IMG/VR virus record: IMGVR_UViG_3300042691_015921
Source of the DNA: a virus
Length of the DNA: 64,000 nt
Direction: 5' to 3' (one strand)
The notes under the pieces were generated by a model. That model saw nothing but the letters and a program-made list of their open reading frames with translations. It was not told where the DNA came from and searched no databases. This document shows positions 51,009-60,827 of the stretch, one piece after another; the stretch's first letter is position 1; the number at the start of each line of letters is the position of its first letter. The translations under genes and the position numbers were made by a program.

Positions 51009-51946
51009 AAGTATTAGTAACAGGTTCTAATGGCCTTTGTGGAAATTCGATAAAATCATTATCTTCATCGTCTAATCATGATTTCACCTTTATTGGAAGA
51101 AATAGCATTGATTTAAGAAATCAAAATCAAGTTGATGATTTATTTAATTCTATTAATGATATCGACGCTGTAATACATACCGCTGCCAGAGTTGGAGGTA
51201 TAGGAGCAAATCTTTCATACCCTGAGTCATTTTTTTATGATAATATAATGATTAATACAAATATTATACATAACTGTATAAAGAAAAATATTAAAAAGTT
51301 ATTTGCATTTTCTTCTGTATGTGTTTTTCCAGATAATTTGACTCTATTAGAAGAAGAAAAAATTAATGACGGTCCAGTATATGGTGCCAATTTCGCATAT
51401 GGATATTCAAAAAGAATGGTTGATGTTCACATAAATGCTGCAAAAAAACAATACAATATTAAAAATTGGTGTTCTATAATTCCAGGAAATATATATGGCC
51501 CATATGATATGTTTTCTATAAAAAATGGACATATAATACCAGCATTGATACATAAAATGTACTTATCAAAAATTAATAACAAGCCTCTTGAAATGTGGGG
51601 CGATGGATTGTCTCTTAGAGAATTTATATTTGTTGATGATTTAGCTTCTATGTTGATACAATTACTTGACAAAGAAGATATTCCAGATAAAATTATAATG
51701 TCCGGCATAGAAGAAACATCTATTAAAAATATTGTTGATATTCTTTCAGATATAGCTGATTTTAAAAACGATGTTATATGGGACACTTCAAAACCAAACG
51801 GACAAAGAAGTAGACCTTCATCAAAAGCTAGAGTAAATAGATTATTTCCAGATTTTAAATATACTGATCTTAGATACGGTTTAGAAAAAACATGGAATTG
51901 GTTTTGTAATAATTATCCAAATGTTAGGACTGAATATAATGCATAA
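51005..51946 (+). CDS. fcl: GDP-L-fucose synthase-like epimerase/reductase
   Basis: TGSNGLCG; AARVGGI; SSVCVFP; YGYSK; WGDGLSLREF; KPNGQ. Confidence 0.85.
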   Translation: MKVLVTGSNGLCGNSIKSLSSSSNHDFTFIGRNSIDLRNQNQVDDLFNSINDIDAVIHTAARVGGIGANLSYPESFFYDNIMINTNIIHNCIKKNIKKLFAFSSVCVFPDNLTLLEEEKINDGPVYGANFAYGYSKRMVDVHINAAKKQYNIKNWCSIIPGNIYGPYDMFSIKNGHIIPALIHKMYLSKINNKPLEMWGDGLSLREFIFVDDLASMLIQLLDKEDIPDKIIMSGIEETSIKNIVDILSDIADFKNDVIWDTSKPNGQRSRPSSKARVNRLFPDFKYTDLRYGLEKTWNWFCNNYPNVRTEYNA

Positions 51947-52568
51947 AGAAGATCTTATAAATTTCGAAAATGAAATAGAAAATTTATACAAAGAAGCGTC
52001 AATACATGGGCCGATACATCTAAGAAATGGAAATGAAGATAATCTTATTGAAATATTTAAGAATATTAAAGATAATCACTATGTATTTAGTACATGGGCT
52101 AATCATCTACATGCTATTTTGAAAGGTATACCATTAAATAAAATAAAAGATAGAATACTTGAGTCTCAGTCAATGGCAATGAATTTTCCAGAATATAGAT
52201 TCTATACTTCCGCAATAGTTTCAGGTATTTCTCCAATATCCATAGGAACTGCACTATCAATTAAAAGACATAATATCGACAGTAGGGTTTGGTGTTTTCT
52301 TGGAGATATGTCTTTTAGGACTGGAATATCTCATGAGTCAATTATATATGCGATATCCAATGATTTACCGATAACATTCATTATCGAAGACAATGGTAAA
52401 TCCGTTGATACTCCAACGCAAGATGCTTGGGGGTCAGTTCCAATTGGTGACATTGTATCTTTTTATCAGGAATTGATTAAAAAATTTAATTCTACATGCG
52501 ATATAATATACTATCAGTACAGTTCTAAATTTCCTCATTCTGGCACTGGAACATTTGTTGCATTTTAG
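51921..52568 (+). CDS. ThDP-dependent E1 alpha-like subunit; likely start at 51939
   Basis: GPIHL; SAIVSG; ThDP motif GD...EDN. Confidence 0.85.
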   Translation: MLGLNIMHKEDLINFENEIENLYKEASIHGPIHLRNGNEDNLIEIFKNIKDNHYVFSTWANHLHAILKGIPLNKIKDRILESQSMAMNFPEYRFYTSAIVSGISPISIGTALSIKRHNIDSRVWCFLGDMSFRTGISHESIIYAISNDLPITFIIEDNGKSVDTPTQDAWGSVPIGDIVSFYQELIKKFNSTCDIIYYQYSSKFPHSGTGTFVAF

Positions 52569-52576
52569 GATTAATA

Positions 52577-53095
52577 ATGAAATATATAGAAGAAGTAGAC
52601 CGTGGAATGAAACTGCTAGCCTCTAGAAACACAATAATTATTGGTCAAGCAGTAAAATATAAAGGACACGCCATAACGAGACAAGCCGCGTTTTGGCCTG
52701 AAAATAAAAAAATTGAACTTCCTGTAGCCGAAGAAATGCAAACCGGAATGGCTTTGGGTATGTCTATTATTGGAGATACTGTAGTCTCTATTTACCCGCG
52801 AATAAACTTTCTAATTTGTGCGGCTAATCAACTACTTAATCATCTTGACAAATGGGAACTGATGGGATGTGGAGTTCCACATGTAATACTTAAAGCTGTT
52901 GTTGGTAGTGAACATCCACTTGACCCCGGTCATCAACATAAGGCTAATTGGGCAGATCAGATTAAAGCTATGTGTGATAAAATCCATGTCCATAATCTAT
53001 TGTATGCACATAAAGTATATCCAGCATATGAATACGCTCTCAATAATAACGGAGTCCATCTAATTATTGAGCATGGCGATTTATATAGTAATTAA
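52577..53095 (+). CDS. ThDP-dependent E1 beta-like subunit (pyrimidine-binding domain only)
   Basis: ELPVAEEMQTGMALG; AANQLLN; PGHQH. Confidence 0.8.
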   Translation: MKYIEEVDRGMKLLASRNTIIIGQAVKYKGHAITRQAAFWPENKKIELPVAEEMQTGMALGMSIIGDTVVSIYPRINFLICAANQLLNHLDKWELMGCGVPHVILKAVVGSEHPLDPGHQHKANWADQIKAMCDKIHVHNLLYAHKVYPAYEYALNNNGVHLIIEHGDLYSN

Positions 53096-53113
53096 TTTAT
53101 ATAGGAAATATTC

Positions 53114-54250
53114 ATGAAAAGAATTGAATTTGGTGAATTGAGAATTGGAGATCTTGCAAGAAAAAATCTTCTAGAAGTATGTGACTCTAATTGGGCGAGT
53201 GGTGGTCCAAAAGTTGCTGAATTTGAAAAAAAATGGAGTAATTTATTTGGATACAAGAAAAGCGTAGCCATGAGTTCTGGAACGGACGGAGTTATTAACG
53301 CATGTCTTGCACTATATGATTTAAAAAATGCCAAACGCGGTATTAGTGAGGTCATTGTACCAGCACTGTCTTTTATCGCAACATCAAATGCTGTACGTGC
53401 CGCAGGTCTTATTCCAAGATTTGTGGACGTTAAGACAGAGACTCTCAATATTGATGAATCTAAAATAGAAGATGTAATTAATGAAAATACAGTTGCTATT
53501 ATGCCAGTGCATACAATGGGCAGAATGGCAGAAATGGGACCAATATGTAAGTTAGCCGACAAATATAATCTAATAGTTATAGAAGATGCATGTGAGGCAC
53601 ATGGTGCAATATACAACGACGGTATTGAATCAAGACACGTTGGATGTTGGGGACATATGTCTGTATATAGCTATTATATTGCACATTTAGTTTGTTGTGG
53701 AGAAGGTGGTATGGTATCCACAAATCATGATAATATTGCTGAGATACTATATTCTACACGATCCCATGGTCGCCCGGCACATTCTGTATACTTTGATCAT
53801 TTACGGACTGGATTAAACTCAAAGATGAATGATCTTGAAGCATCTATTGGTCTTGAGGCAATTGAAGTATTTCATGATACATTTTGGACTAGGCATGAAT
53901 TTATGAAAAGAATGCGTGAAGCCGCTAATGGATTTGAAAATGTTGCTTGGTTCTCAGAAGAAGATCATGGTAACTTAAACTGTCCGCATGGTTTTAGTAT
54001 AACATGCAAAGAACCCGGAAAAATAGATCAGGTTAAGTCTGTGTTGGATGCATATAATATCCATCATAAACGTAATTTTGGATGTATTCCCACACAACAT
54101 GGTGCATTTGCCGATATGGGATATAAACTTGGAGATTTTCCAAATTCAGAATGGATTGGCAATAATGGAGTACATATCGGGTGTCATCAATATCTATCTA
54201 ATGAAGACGTAGAAAGAATTTGTACAGCAATAAAGGAAGCACTGTCATGA
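53114..54250 (+). CDS. DegT/DnrJ/EryC1/StrS PLP-dependent enzyme with His at the catalytic Lys position (ColD/E1 dehydrase-like)
   Basis: SSGT; IEDACEAHG; SYYIAHLVCCGEGG. Confidence 0.85.
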   Translation: MKRIEFGELRIGDLARKNLLEVCDSNWASGGPKVAEFEKKWSNLFGYKKSVAMSSGTDGVINACLALYDLKNAKRGISEVIVPALSFIATSNAVRAAGLIPRFVDVKTETLNIDESKIEDVINENTVAIMPVHTMGRMAEMGPICKLADKYNLIVIEDACEAHGAIYNDGIESRHVGCWGHMSVYSYYIAHLVCCGEGGMVSTNHDNIAEILYSTRSHGRPAHSVYFDHLRTGLNSKMNDLEASIGLEAIEVFHDTFWTRHEFMKRMREAANGFENVAWFSEEDHGNLNCPHGFSITCKEPGKIDQVKSVLDAYNIHHKRNFGCIPTQHGAFADMGYKLGDFPNSEWIGNNGVHIGCHQYLSNEDVERICTAIKEALS

Positions 54251-54750
54251 TAGAAAAAATTCAACAATGCCTTGCCGCTATCAATCCAGATGATATACGA
54301 GATCTGAAAGATCTAGTAAAAGACTCATCGCAAGTTATACTTATAGGTAATGGCGGAAGCAACGCAATAGCTTCACATATTGCTGTGGACTATGTTAAAT
54401 TCTTAAATATTAAATCATTTTGTTTCTCTGATGCAAGTATGTTGACCGCATATATGAATGATTATTCTGTCGAGGATGCATACAAACAATTTATTGTAGA
54501 TATGCATGAGTCTGGAGGATTAGTAATTTTAATCTCATCTTCTGGAAATTCTAAGAATATTTATAATGCTGCGAGTTACTGTAAAGAAAATGATATCAAT
54601 TTTGTTATACTTACTGGATTCGACCAGAATAATCTGGTACGTAGTAATTTAAAAGATTATGCTGCCATTGACTATTGGGTAGATTCAAATAGCTATGGAG
54701 TGGTTGAGTGCGTACATCAAATATTTCTACATGCAATTATAGACAATTAG
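54220..54750 (+). CDS. gmhA: SIS-domain phosphoheptose isomerase; likely start at 54247
   Basis: GNGGS; LTAYMNDY; ISSSGNSKN; VECVH. Confidence 0.75.
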   Translation: MYSNKGSTVMIEKIQQCLAAINPDDIRDLKDLVKDSSQVILIGNGGSNAIASHIAVDYVKFLNIKSFCFSDASMLTAYMNDYSVEDAYKQFIVDMHESGGLVILISSSGNSKNIYNAASYCKENDINFVILTGFDQNNLVRSNLKDYAAIDYWVDSNSYGVVECVHQIFLHAIIDN

Positions 54751-54757
54751 GACTAAT

Positions 54758-55699
54758 ATGAATATTGTAATAACAGGTGCTGCTGGATATATTGGAACTA
54801 AATTAACTAAATATTTCTTAGATAGTGGGCATAAGGTTTTTGCTTTTGATAATTATTTCTATAGTCAAAAACAATTAGTATCTCATGTGTTCAATCATGA
54901 AAATTGTCTTCTATTCGAAGAAGATGTAACAAATTGGTCAGAAAATCTTAAAAATGCTATTGCTAATTCTGATATTCTAATCCCCCTGGCCGCATTGGTT
55001 GGGGCACCACTATGTAATAAATACCGTAGTAAAGCAACTAAGTTAAATCAGGAATGGTTTAATGAATTAATACCATATCTAAATGGGCAAAAGGTTATTT
55101 ATCCAAACACTAACTCTGGATATGGAAGCACGGGAAATGATATATGTACGGAAGAAACCCCATGCAATCCAATTTCTCTTTACGGTATAACGAAGGGAAT
55201 GGCAGAGCAAGTATTATTAACAAAATATGATAACTCTATATGTTTTAGGCTAGCCACCGTATACGGTAAAAGCTATAGACAGAGAATGGATTTACTTGTA
55301 AATAATCTAGTATATACTGCACTTAAAACAAAAAATCTGGAAGTTTTCGATGGACATTTTAGACGCAACTATATTCACATTGATGATATTGTTTCTGCAT
55401 TTGCACATGCTATTGATAATTTTGACACTATGAAAAATAATGTGTATAATTTAGGCAATGATTCTGTAAATATGACAAAGCTTGATCTCGTCAAGAGAAT
55501 AGCTTCACATACCGGTGTTAGTTATTCTATAGTCGATAATATAACAGATCCAGACAAACGAGATTATATTGTTAGTAGCCAAAAACTGTATAATACTGGT
55601 TTTACCCCTTTATATGATCTTGATTACGGGATTAAAGAGATGATAGAAGTTTGCAGTAATTTTAATGATGATATCATGTATATGTGCAGGAATTACTGA
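54758..55699 (+). CDS. NAD-dependent sugar epimerase/dehydratase
   Basis: TGAAGYIG; YGITK; RLATVYG; RNYIHIDD. Confidence 0.9.
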   Translation: MNIVITGAAGYIGTKLTKYFLDSGHKVFAFDNYFYSQKQLVSHVFNHENCLLFEEDVTNWSENLKNAIANSDILIPLAALVGAPLCNKYRSKATKLNQEWFNELIPYLNGQKVIYPNTNSGYGSTGNDICTEETPCNPISLYGITKGMAEQVLLTKYDNSICFRLATVYGKSYRQRMDLLVNNLVYTALKTKNLEVFDGHFRRNYIHIDDIVSAFAHAIDNFDTMKNNVYNLGNDSVNMTKLDLVKRIASHTGVSYSIVDNITDPDKRDYIVSSQKLYNTGFTPLYDLDYGIKEMIEVCSNFNDDIMYMCRNY

Positions 55700-56673
55700 T
55701 GATTATTTCAAAAACTCCATTTAGAATATCATTATTTGGTGGCTCAACAGATTACGAGTCATTCTACTCTGAACATGGTTCATTGCTCATTGGTTTCGCA
55801 ATTGACAAACATTGCTATCTTACCGTTAGAGATAATCCAAACATCTTTGATTACTACTCAAAAATCACGTACTCAACAATAGAATCTGTAGAAAATAATA
55901 GAGATATAAAACATAATGGTGTTCGTGGAGTTCTTGAATATTTTAATCTCCTAGATAGAAGATTAGAAATTTCATGCTTTAATGATCTTCCAGCACAAAC
56001 AGGAATTGGGTCATCTTCTTCTTTTGTTGTTGGATTAATAAATGCTATGATGTATCATACTAGGAGTTATAGATTTTCACCAAATAGATTGGCAGAACTT
56101 GCCATAGATATTGAAAGAAAGCATCTGAAAGAAGCGGGAGGGATTCAAGATCAAATATGGGCTGCACATGGCGGTTTTAACTCAATCAATATAGACAAAA
56201 AAGGAAAATTCAAAGTCAAACCGCTTCCGATATCTGATGATTTTGTTAAAGAATTTATTGATAGATCATTCCTAATATATACTGGAAATAATAGACAATC
56301 TTTTAAAATCGCCTCTTCTCATGATACAGGAAGTCAAGACAGAAACAAAGAAAATATCCTTTTCCTTGCTCGTCATGGATATGACGCCTTCTGTAATGAA
56401 AATCTACACGGCATAGCTTCGTTACTTAGAGAATCATGGGAATCTAAAAAACAAATATCTAACTTAATTTGTACGAAAGAAATAGAAGAAATGATTAATG
56501 ATTTATATGGATATGGAATGATTGGCGGGAAATTGATCGGCAGTGGAGGTTCTGGATTTATATTTGGAATGGCTGACAACTTTATTGAAAAACAAACGAT
56601 AAAGAACATATTCTCTAAGAGATATATAGATTTTAATATTTCAAAAATAGGATCTACTATTATCCATGAGTAA
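55684..56673 (+). CDS. hddA: GHMP kinase, D-glycero-alpha-D-manno-heptose-7-phosphate kinase-like; likely start at 55699
   Basis: TPFRISLFGGSTD; GIGSSS; GIQDQ; GGKLIGSGGSG. Confidence 0.85.
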   Translation: MQELLMIISKTPFRISLFGGSTDYESFYSEHGSLLIGFAIDKHCYLTVRDNPNIFDYYSKITYSTIESVENNRDIKHNGVRGVLEYFNLLDRRLEISCFNDLPAQTGIGSSSSFVVGLINAMMYHTRSYRFSPNRLAELAIDIERKHLKEAGGIQDQIWAAHGGFNSINIDKKGKFKVKPLPISDDFVKEFIDRSFLIYTGNNRQSFKIASSHDTGSQDRNKENILFLARHGYDAFCNENLHGIASLLRESWESKKQISNLICTKEIEEMINDLYGYGMIGGKLIGSGGSGFIFGMADNFIEKQTIKNIFSKRYIDFNISKIGSTIIHE

Positions 56674-57112
56674 TTTTAAAATCGGTATAGTCTCTGGATA
56701 TTTTAATCCATTACATGCCGGTCATATAGAATATATTAATGCCGCAAAAAAACAATGTGACTATTTGATTTGCATTATTAATAATGACGATCAAGTAAAT
56801 CTAAAAGGGTCCGCTCTTTTTATGGACGAAGACCATCGTAAAATAATTGTTGAAAATCTTAAAGGAGTAGATTTTGCAGTTATTTCAATAGATGATGATC
56901 TTTCTGTATCACAAACACTTGAGAATATATCAAATCTGGAAGGTATAAACGAAAACTGTCGCCTGCTATTTTTTAATAGCGGCGACAGAAATCCTGAAAA
57001 TCAAAACTTAAAAGAAGTTAATATATGTAAAGATAAAAATATAGAAAGAGTATTTCTAGATTTACCTAAAATATATTCTTCTTCTACATTAAAACTCAAC
57101 CTTACCACGTAA
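56666..57112 (+). CDS. Cytidylyltransferase-family (RfaE domain II/TagD-like) nucleotidyltransferase
   Basis: SGYFNPLHAGH (HxGH); C-terminal SSS. Confidence 0.85.
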   Translation: MSNFKIGIVSGYFNPLHAGHIEYINAAKKQCDYLICIINNDDQVNLKGSALFMDEDHRKIIVENLKGVDFAVISIDDDLSVSQTLENISNLEGINENCRLLFFNSGDRNPENQNLKEVNICKDKNIERVFLDLPKIYSSSTLKLNLTT

Positions 57113-57385
57113 AATATCAAATAGCATAACCCAATCAGAAGCTTTTGCTAAGATTGGATTCTTAAATGCCGCAGGCTTATTCTTCTCAAAGTAATAATGT
57201 CCTGTCCATGCAAACGGATATACAACAAATGGTGCAAATGGAATTAGACACCACCACCATCCTCCATTGTATATAATTGCAGATACAAATGCAATAGTTA
57301 CTAACTGTCCCAGCACATGAAGTCTCCTGCATGTTTTATTTTGATGCAGACTTAGATAATGCTGATAGTATTCTTTAAAAGTCAT
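57089..57385 (-). CDS. DUF962/Mpo1-like membrane protein
   Basis: YLSLH...RRLHVLG...AWTGHYYFEKNKPA. Confidence 0.85.
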   Translation of the reverse strand: MTFKEYYQHYLSLHQNKTCRRLHVLGQLVTIAFVSAIIYNGGWWWCLIPFAPFVVYPFAWTGHYYFEKNKPAAFKNPILAKASDWVMLFDILRGKVEF

Positions 57386-57748
57386 TTAAACCTCCACGTT
57401 TTCTATTCCTATATTCCTATCTACACAAACCGCAAAACTTGTAATCATACCGTTTGGTTTCTTGTCGTTAATTACCACTCTAGGCCCAACAGGAAGCCCC
57501 ATAATCAATTGATCATAGAATATACCATGCCTATCCAGATGCTGCTGCGTAATTGATCTACAGCCTTCCGGGCGAGCCGTTGTTAAAACTATATAGTAGT
57601 CTTTATCTCTCCACTCTGCTAATTTAGCAGTAACTCCTGGCAATAATGTTGGCTGAAAGGTTACAATATCATGTAAATCTCGCCAATGATACAGCAAGGT
57701 TCCATCTATATCGCAAAATATTGTTTTTCTATTTGTCCTATCATTCAT
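57386..57748 (-). CDS. Small HAD-superfamily phosphatase
   Basis: DIDGT; TTAR; YDQLIMG; INDK. Confidence 0.8.
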   Translation of the reverse strand: MNDRTNRKTIFCDIDGTLLYHWRDLHDIVTFQPTLLPGVTAKLAEWRDKDYYIVLTTARPEGCRSITQQHLDRHGIFYDQLIMGLPVGPRVVINDKKPNGMITSFAVCVDRNIGIENVEV

Positions 57749-58419
57749 TATATTTCCTTTATATTTTTATCCTCAATCTGTTTAAAATCATAGAAATACT
57801 GTTCTTCGTTGCTTTCGCTAGTCCATCTACTTCCTGTATTCTCACAGCTAAATTCTCTACTAAATACTAGCCAGTCTGGTTTTTTGTCAAAAGATCTGCT
57901 AATAAATGATCCACCATCCATCCACAAAATACGATTATTTGGCTGTAAGAAGTATTGACCCCCATCTCCTTCAAAAAAATGTCCGCATTTATGCCCACCA
58001 GCCATTTCTCCATATCCAGAACTATACTGTGGTCCCAACGACCAGTCAATCGTAAACAGATATTTTGACTTATGCCTACTCTTATCTTTTATGATAATAT
58101 TGGCCGATCTATTTTTTAGATAATCAACTATATTTACGCTGGCATAATAACTTAGACTATCCCAGAGTTGTAAAAAATCTAAAGGATAGTTCGATCCACC
58201 TTCCTTATCTCTATGCAAATAATGTATTGGAACTCTTGCGTGTTGACTTCCATATTCAGTCATGACACTAAAAAGACCACATCTTTGAGGTATGCTTGTA
58301 AAGTTAAACACTTCTACAAGAATTCTATCTGCATTTAAATCTGGAGGATTATTATATAGAAAAGATGTATCTAGATATGAGGTGAAGTAAGGAATATTTA
58401 TGTTTAGAAAATTGCTCAT
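57748..58419 (-). CDS. Hypothetical phage protein
   Basis: LQLWD, YLFTIDW, HKCGH, QPNNRI motifs. Confidence 0.7.
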   Translation of the reverse strand: MSNFLNINIPYFTSYLDTSFLYNNPPDLNADRILVEVFNFTSIPQRCGLFSVMTEYGSQHARVPIHYLHRDKEGGSNYPLDFLQLWDSLSYYASVNIVDYLKNRSANIIIKDKSRHKSKYLFTIDWSLGPQYSSGYGEMAGGHKCGHFFEGDGGQYFLQPNNRILWMDGGSFISRSFDKKPDWLVFSREFSCENTGSRWTSESNEEQYFYDFKQIEDKNIKEI

Positions 58420-58420
58420 A

Positions 58421-58918
58421 TTATATGTAATCTAGCCATTCTTCTGGCATGTTTTCTACAACTAGAAGTAATTCTGCCTTTTTAGGCGTTATAAGCAGAT
58501 TCATGCCCGCTTCTTGTGGCGTTCTATTTCCTTTTGACAAGTTGCATTTTCTGCAACAACTGACTTGATTCTCCCATGTATTCGCCTGGGACTTTTGTTT
58601 AAATCTACTGACAGGGATTATATGATCTATAGTTAGTTCTTCTGTGTGCAGTTCTTTATTACAATATCCGCACCTACTTCTATCTCTGGTGCGTATTGCT
58701 CTTTTAGATGGGAATTTTTTGTATGAAATGCGAATATACTTAGAATATACCATCACAGCGGGGATTTTTACCTCCCCACTGGATGAGCATAATCTCTTTT
58801 TATAGTATGATAATACGCTAACATTGGTATTATTTAGGTCCAATACTATCGCTCGTCTTATATTGATAATAGATAGTGGCGTATAATCCGCATTTAATAT
58901 CAGTGTCTTCATCAACAT
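58421..58918 (-). CDS. HNH endonuclease (McrA-like)
   Basis: RD..CGYC..TIDHIIP..WEN..CCRKCN..KG. Confidence 0.9.
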   Translation of the reverse strand: MLMKTLILNADYTPLSIINIRRAIVLDLNNTNVSVLSYYKKRLCSSSGEVKIPAVMVYSKYIRISYKKFPSKRAIRTRDRSRCGYCNKELHTEELTIDHIIPVSRFKQKSQANTWENQVSCCRKCNLSKGNRTPQEAGMNLLITPKKAELLLVVENMPEEWLDYI

Positions 58919-59100
58919 TCACCAACAGCAATTCCACTTCTTTGCATAAGTTCTGAAATCTTCTCAAGCTCAAGAGGAGTCAGCCCAATTTGATAGAATT
59001 TATCACATCTATACTGAGTAAATCTACCATTGATAATAAATCCGACAACTCTATTTGTATAGTCAATAACTGTTTTTTTATCTTTGCTAATCTTGTACAT
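58912..59100 (-). CDS. Hypothetical protein
   Basis: SD GGAGG; coupled to neighbours. Confidence 0.6.
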   Translation of the reverse strand: MYKISKDKKTVIDYTNRVVGFIINGRFTQYRCDKFYQIGLTPLELEKISELMQRSGIAVGEC

Positions 59101-59584
59101 TTAAAACCTCCTGATAAATCAAGTTATTTGGAGTAAAGGATATAGATATCTTATCCTTAATCAGTTCTAGAATTTGATTATATTCTTCTGAAAAGATGCT
59201 CATTTTAACTTTTGAAACATCTGTAAATTTAATTTCCTTAATTCCACATTGATATAATGCCTGTAAACAAGATATACATGGAGGACCGGTTATATATGCT
59301 GTCGCATCAAGTGTTTGCCGGCCCAGCCTAGCTGAGTTATAAATAGCGTTAGCCTCTGCATGTATCATAAATGGGTACTTTTTTGGCCTAGTTCTTGGCA
59401 GTATATCATCATCTATATCTCTGATAAATCCATTATATCCGGTAGAGATTAACGTTTTATCTTTTACCAGGGCACAGCCACACTGAGTCTCCATATCATG
59501 GCTCATTTCCCGCCAGGATATAGCTTCCTTAAAATAACGAATATCCCATTTAGTTAATATAGTATTGAGTTTTACAATATTCAT
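59087..59584 (-). CDS. dCMP deaminase
   Basis: TGYNG; HAEANA; PCISC. Confidence 0.9.
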   Translation of the reverse strand: MNIVKLNTILTKWDIRYFKEAISWREMSHDMETQCGCALVKDKTLISTGYNGFIRDIDDDILPRTRPKKYPFMIHAEANAIYNSARLGRQTLDATAYITGPPCISCLQALYQCGIKEIKFTDVSKVKMSIFSEEYNQILELIKDKISISFTPNNLIYQEVLNVQD

Positions 59585-59943
59585 TGTATTTCTTTCTTGC
59601 CTTTTTCTGTAAGTTCAAAGTAAAACTTTCCATCTTCCCCGACTTTATAATCCATTAAACCATTCTTAACCATTTCTTCTATTGAGTCAGATATTTCTTG
59701 TTCTACTTCTTCTTTTGTCTTAAAATAAATATTGTTTAACTCATAATCATCAATTATATATTCATACTTTCCTTTATTTTTTTTAGTTAAGTCTTTGACT
59801 ATAGCTTTCGCTAGCCCTTTCTTATTGAAAATACCAACAATAAATGGAAGTGCATTATCAAGTTCAGCCGGATCATGCTCTACTTCTGGACTTAATGTCT
59901 CATAGACTACATATAATTTCATAATCCCTCCTTGTTTACCCAA
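59581..59943 (-). CDS. Hypothetical protein; likely start at 59922
   Basis: SD GGAGG before MKLYVV. Confidence 0.6.
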   Translation of the reverse strand: MGKQGGIMKLYVVYETLSPEVEHDPAELDNALPFIVGIFNKKGLAKAIVKDLTKKNKGKYEYIIDDYELNNIYFKTKEEVEQEISDSIEEMVKNGLMDYKVGEDGKFYFELTEKGKKEIQ

Positions 59944-60530
59944 AGTTCTTCTTCAAACCATTCTGAAAATACAGATTGATTTAATACCACCCCCGGCTTT
60001 CCGCCCATATAATGTATTGGTTGTATCATATTATTCTTGATAGCATAATCGAAGAAATCTTTCACTGTTACCGGGGTCATTATTCCCCATCTCAGCTTAT
60101 CTTTTATAGATTCGATCTTGGAAATGTGCTTATCTAAGTCATAATCTTTTGGAATCTTTAGATCCAGATTTATCTTTTCTGATGGATAGATGAATAAGAT
60201 AGCGGCTTTTTCCCTAATGTATGCTTTCAGATCGCCAACCTTAAGGGTCAATTTACCATACGTAGGAACCCATTTAATTTCTATTGGCATATCATTGATT
60301 GGGCAGGAATTATATTTAAGATCGACTATATAATCTGCACCAGATGTTTTGCCTTTTTCAACAAATTCACCCGTGTTGTCAACACCATTATTTCTTGGAT
60401 TTTTGACGCTGATTCTTTTACTATTACAATTTTCAATCCACTTAAAAAAGAAATAGTTTTCTAACATAGTAGAAAACTTTATTTGCTGTTTGAAAGTGTC
60501 TATACTCCTATTATCAAAACGGTTAGACAT
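59919..60530 (-). CDS. Hypothetical protein, possible PD-(D/E)XK fold
   Basis: ADY...IEIK motif. Confidence 0.5.
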   Translation of the reverse strand: MSNRFDNRSIDTFKQQIKFSTMLENYFFFKWIENCNSKRISVKNPRNNGVDNTGEFVEKGKTSGADYIVDLKYNSCPINDMPIEIKWVPTYGKLTLKVGDLKAYIREKAAILFIYPSEKINLDLKIPKDYDLDKHISKIESIKDKLRWGIMTPVTVKDFFDYAIKNNMIQPIHYMGGKPGVVLNQSVFSEWFEEELWVNKEGL

Positions 60531-60557
60531 ATTTTTTTCCTAAAGTAAAAATTCAAA

Positions 60558-60826
60558 TTCGGGAACTAGGATTTGAACCTAGACAGAATGATCCACATAC
60601 TACTATAGTTTTCACTACCCTTTATGGTTTGTAGTCTAGACTTTACCTTCACCATGGATTAACTTTAGGTGTCTCCCGTCAAGTCGTTACACCTTCTAAT
60701 TTCTTAGCTTGGCTCGGGATTGGCATTTTACAGCGTTCCCCGAATTTGAGAGATTATACTATTAAAGTTTCCCTTAATGCACTCCAGTTCTTAAAGTCAT
60801 TCGTGCTACCGTTACACCACTCCCGA
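60558..60826 (-). tRNA. tRNA-Gln(UUG) interrupted by a group I intron (exons 60794-60826 and 60558-60595)
   Basis: Joined exons give a U1-A72 acceptor TCGGGAG/TTCCCGA, anticodon arm AATGA-CTTTGGA-TCATT and T arm CTAGG-TTCAAAT-CCTAG. Confidence 0.85.
60596..60793 (-). mobile_element. Group I intron (198 nt, no ORF) in the tRNA-Gln anticodon
   Basis: P (AAATTCGGGGAA), Q (AATCCCGAG), R (GTAACGACT) and S (AAGGTAAAGTC) elements; P1 ACTTTA/TGGAGT with U.G at the splice site; terminal G. Confidence 0.85.
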
Positions 60827-60827
60827 A

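Noticed and set aside
51921-53095. Pyruvate dehydrogenase as a central-metabolism auxiliary gene
   Set aside because: Both subunits are short, no E2/E3 genes are present, and they sit inside a sugar cluster.
1977-58049. Many short antisense or nested ORFs in the six-frame track (for example 53092-53616, 8420-8746, 32378-32725)
   Set aside because: Shadows of longer genes with recognisable motifs; no independent support.
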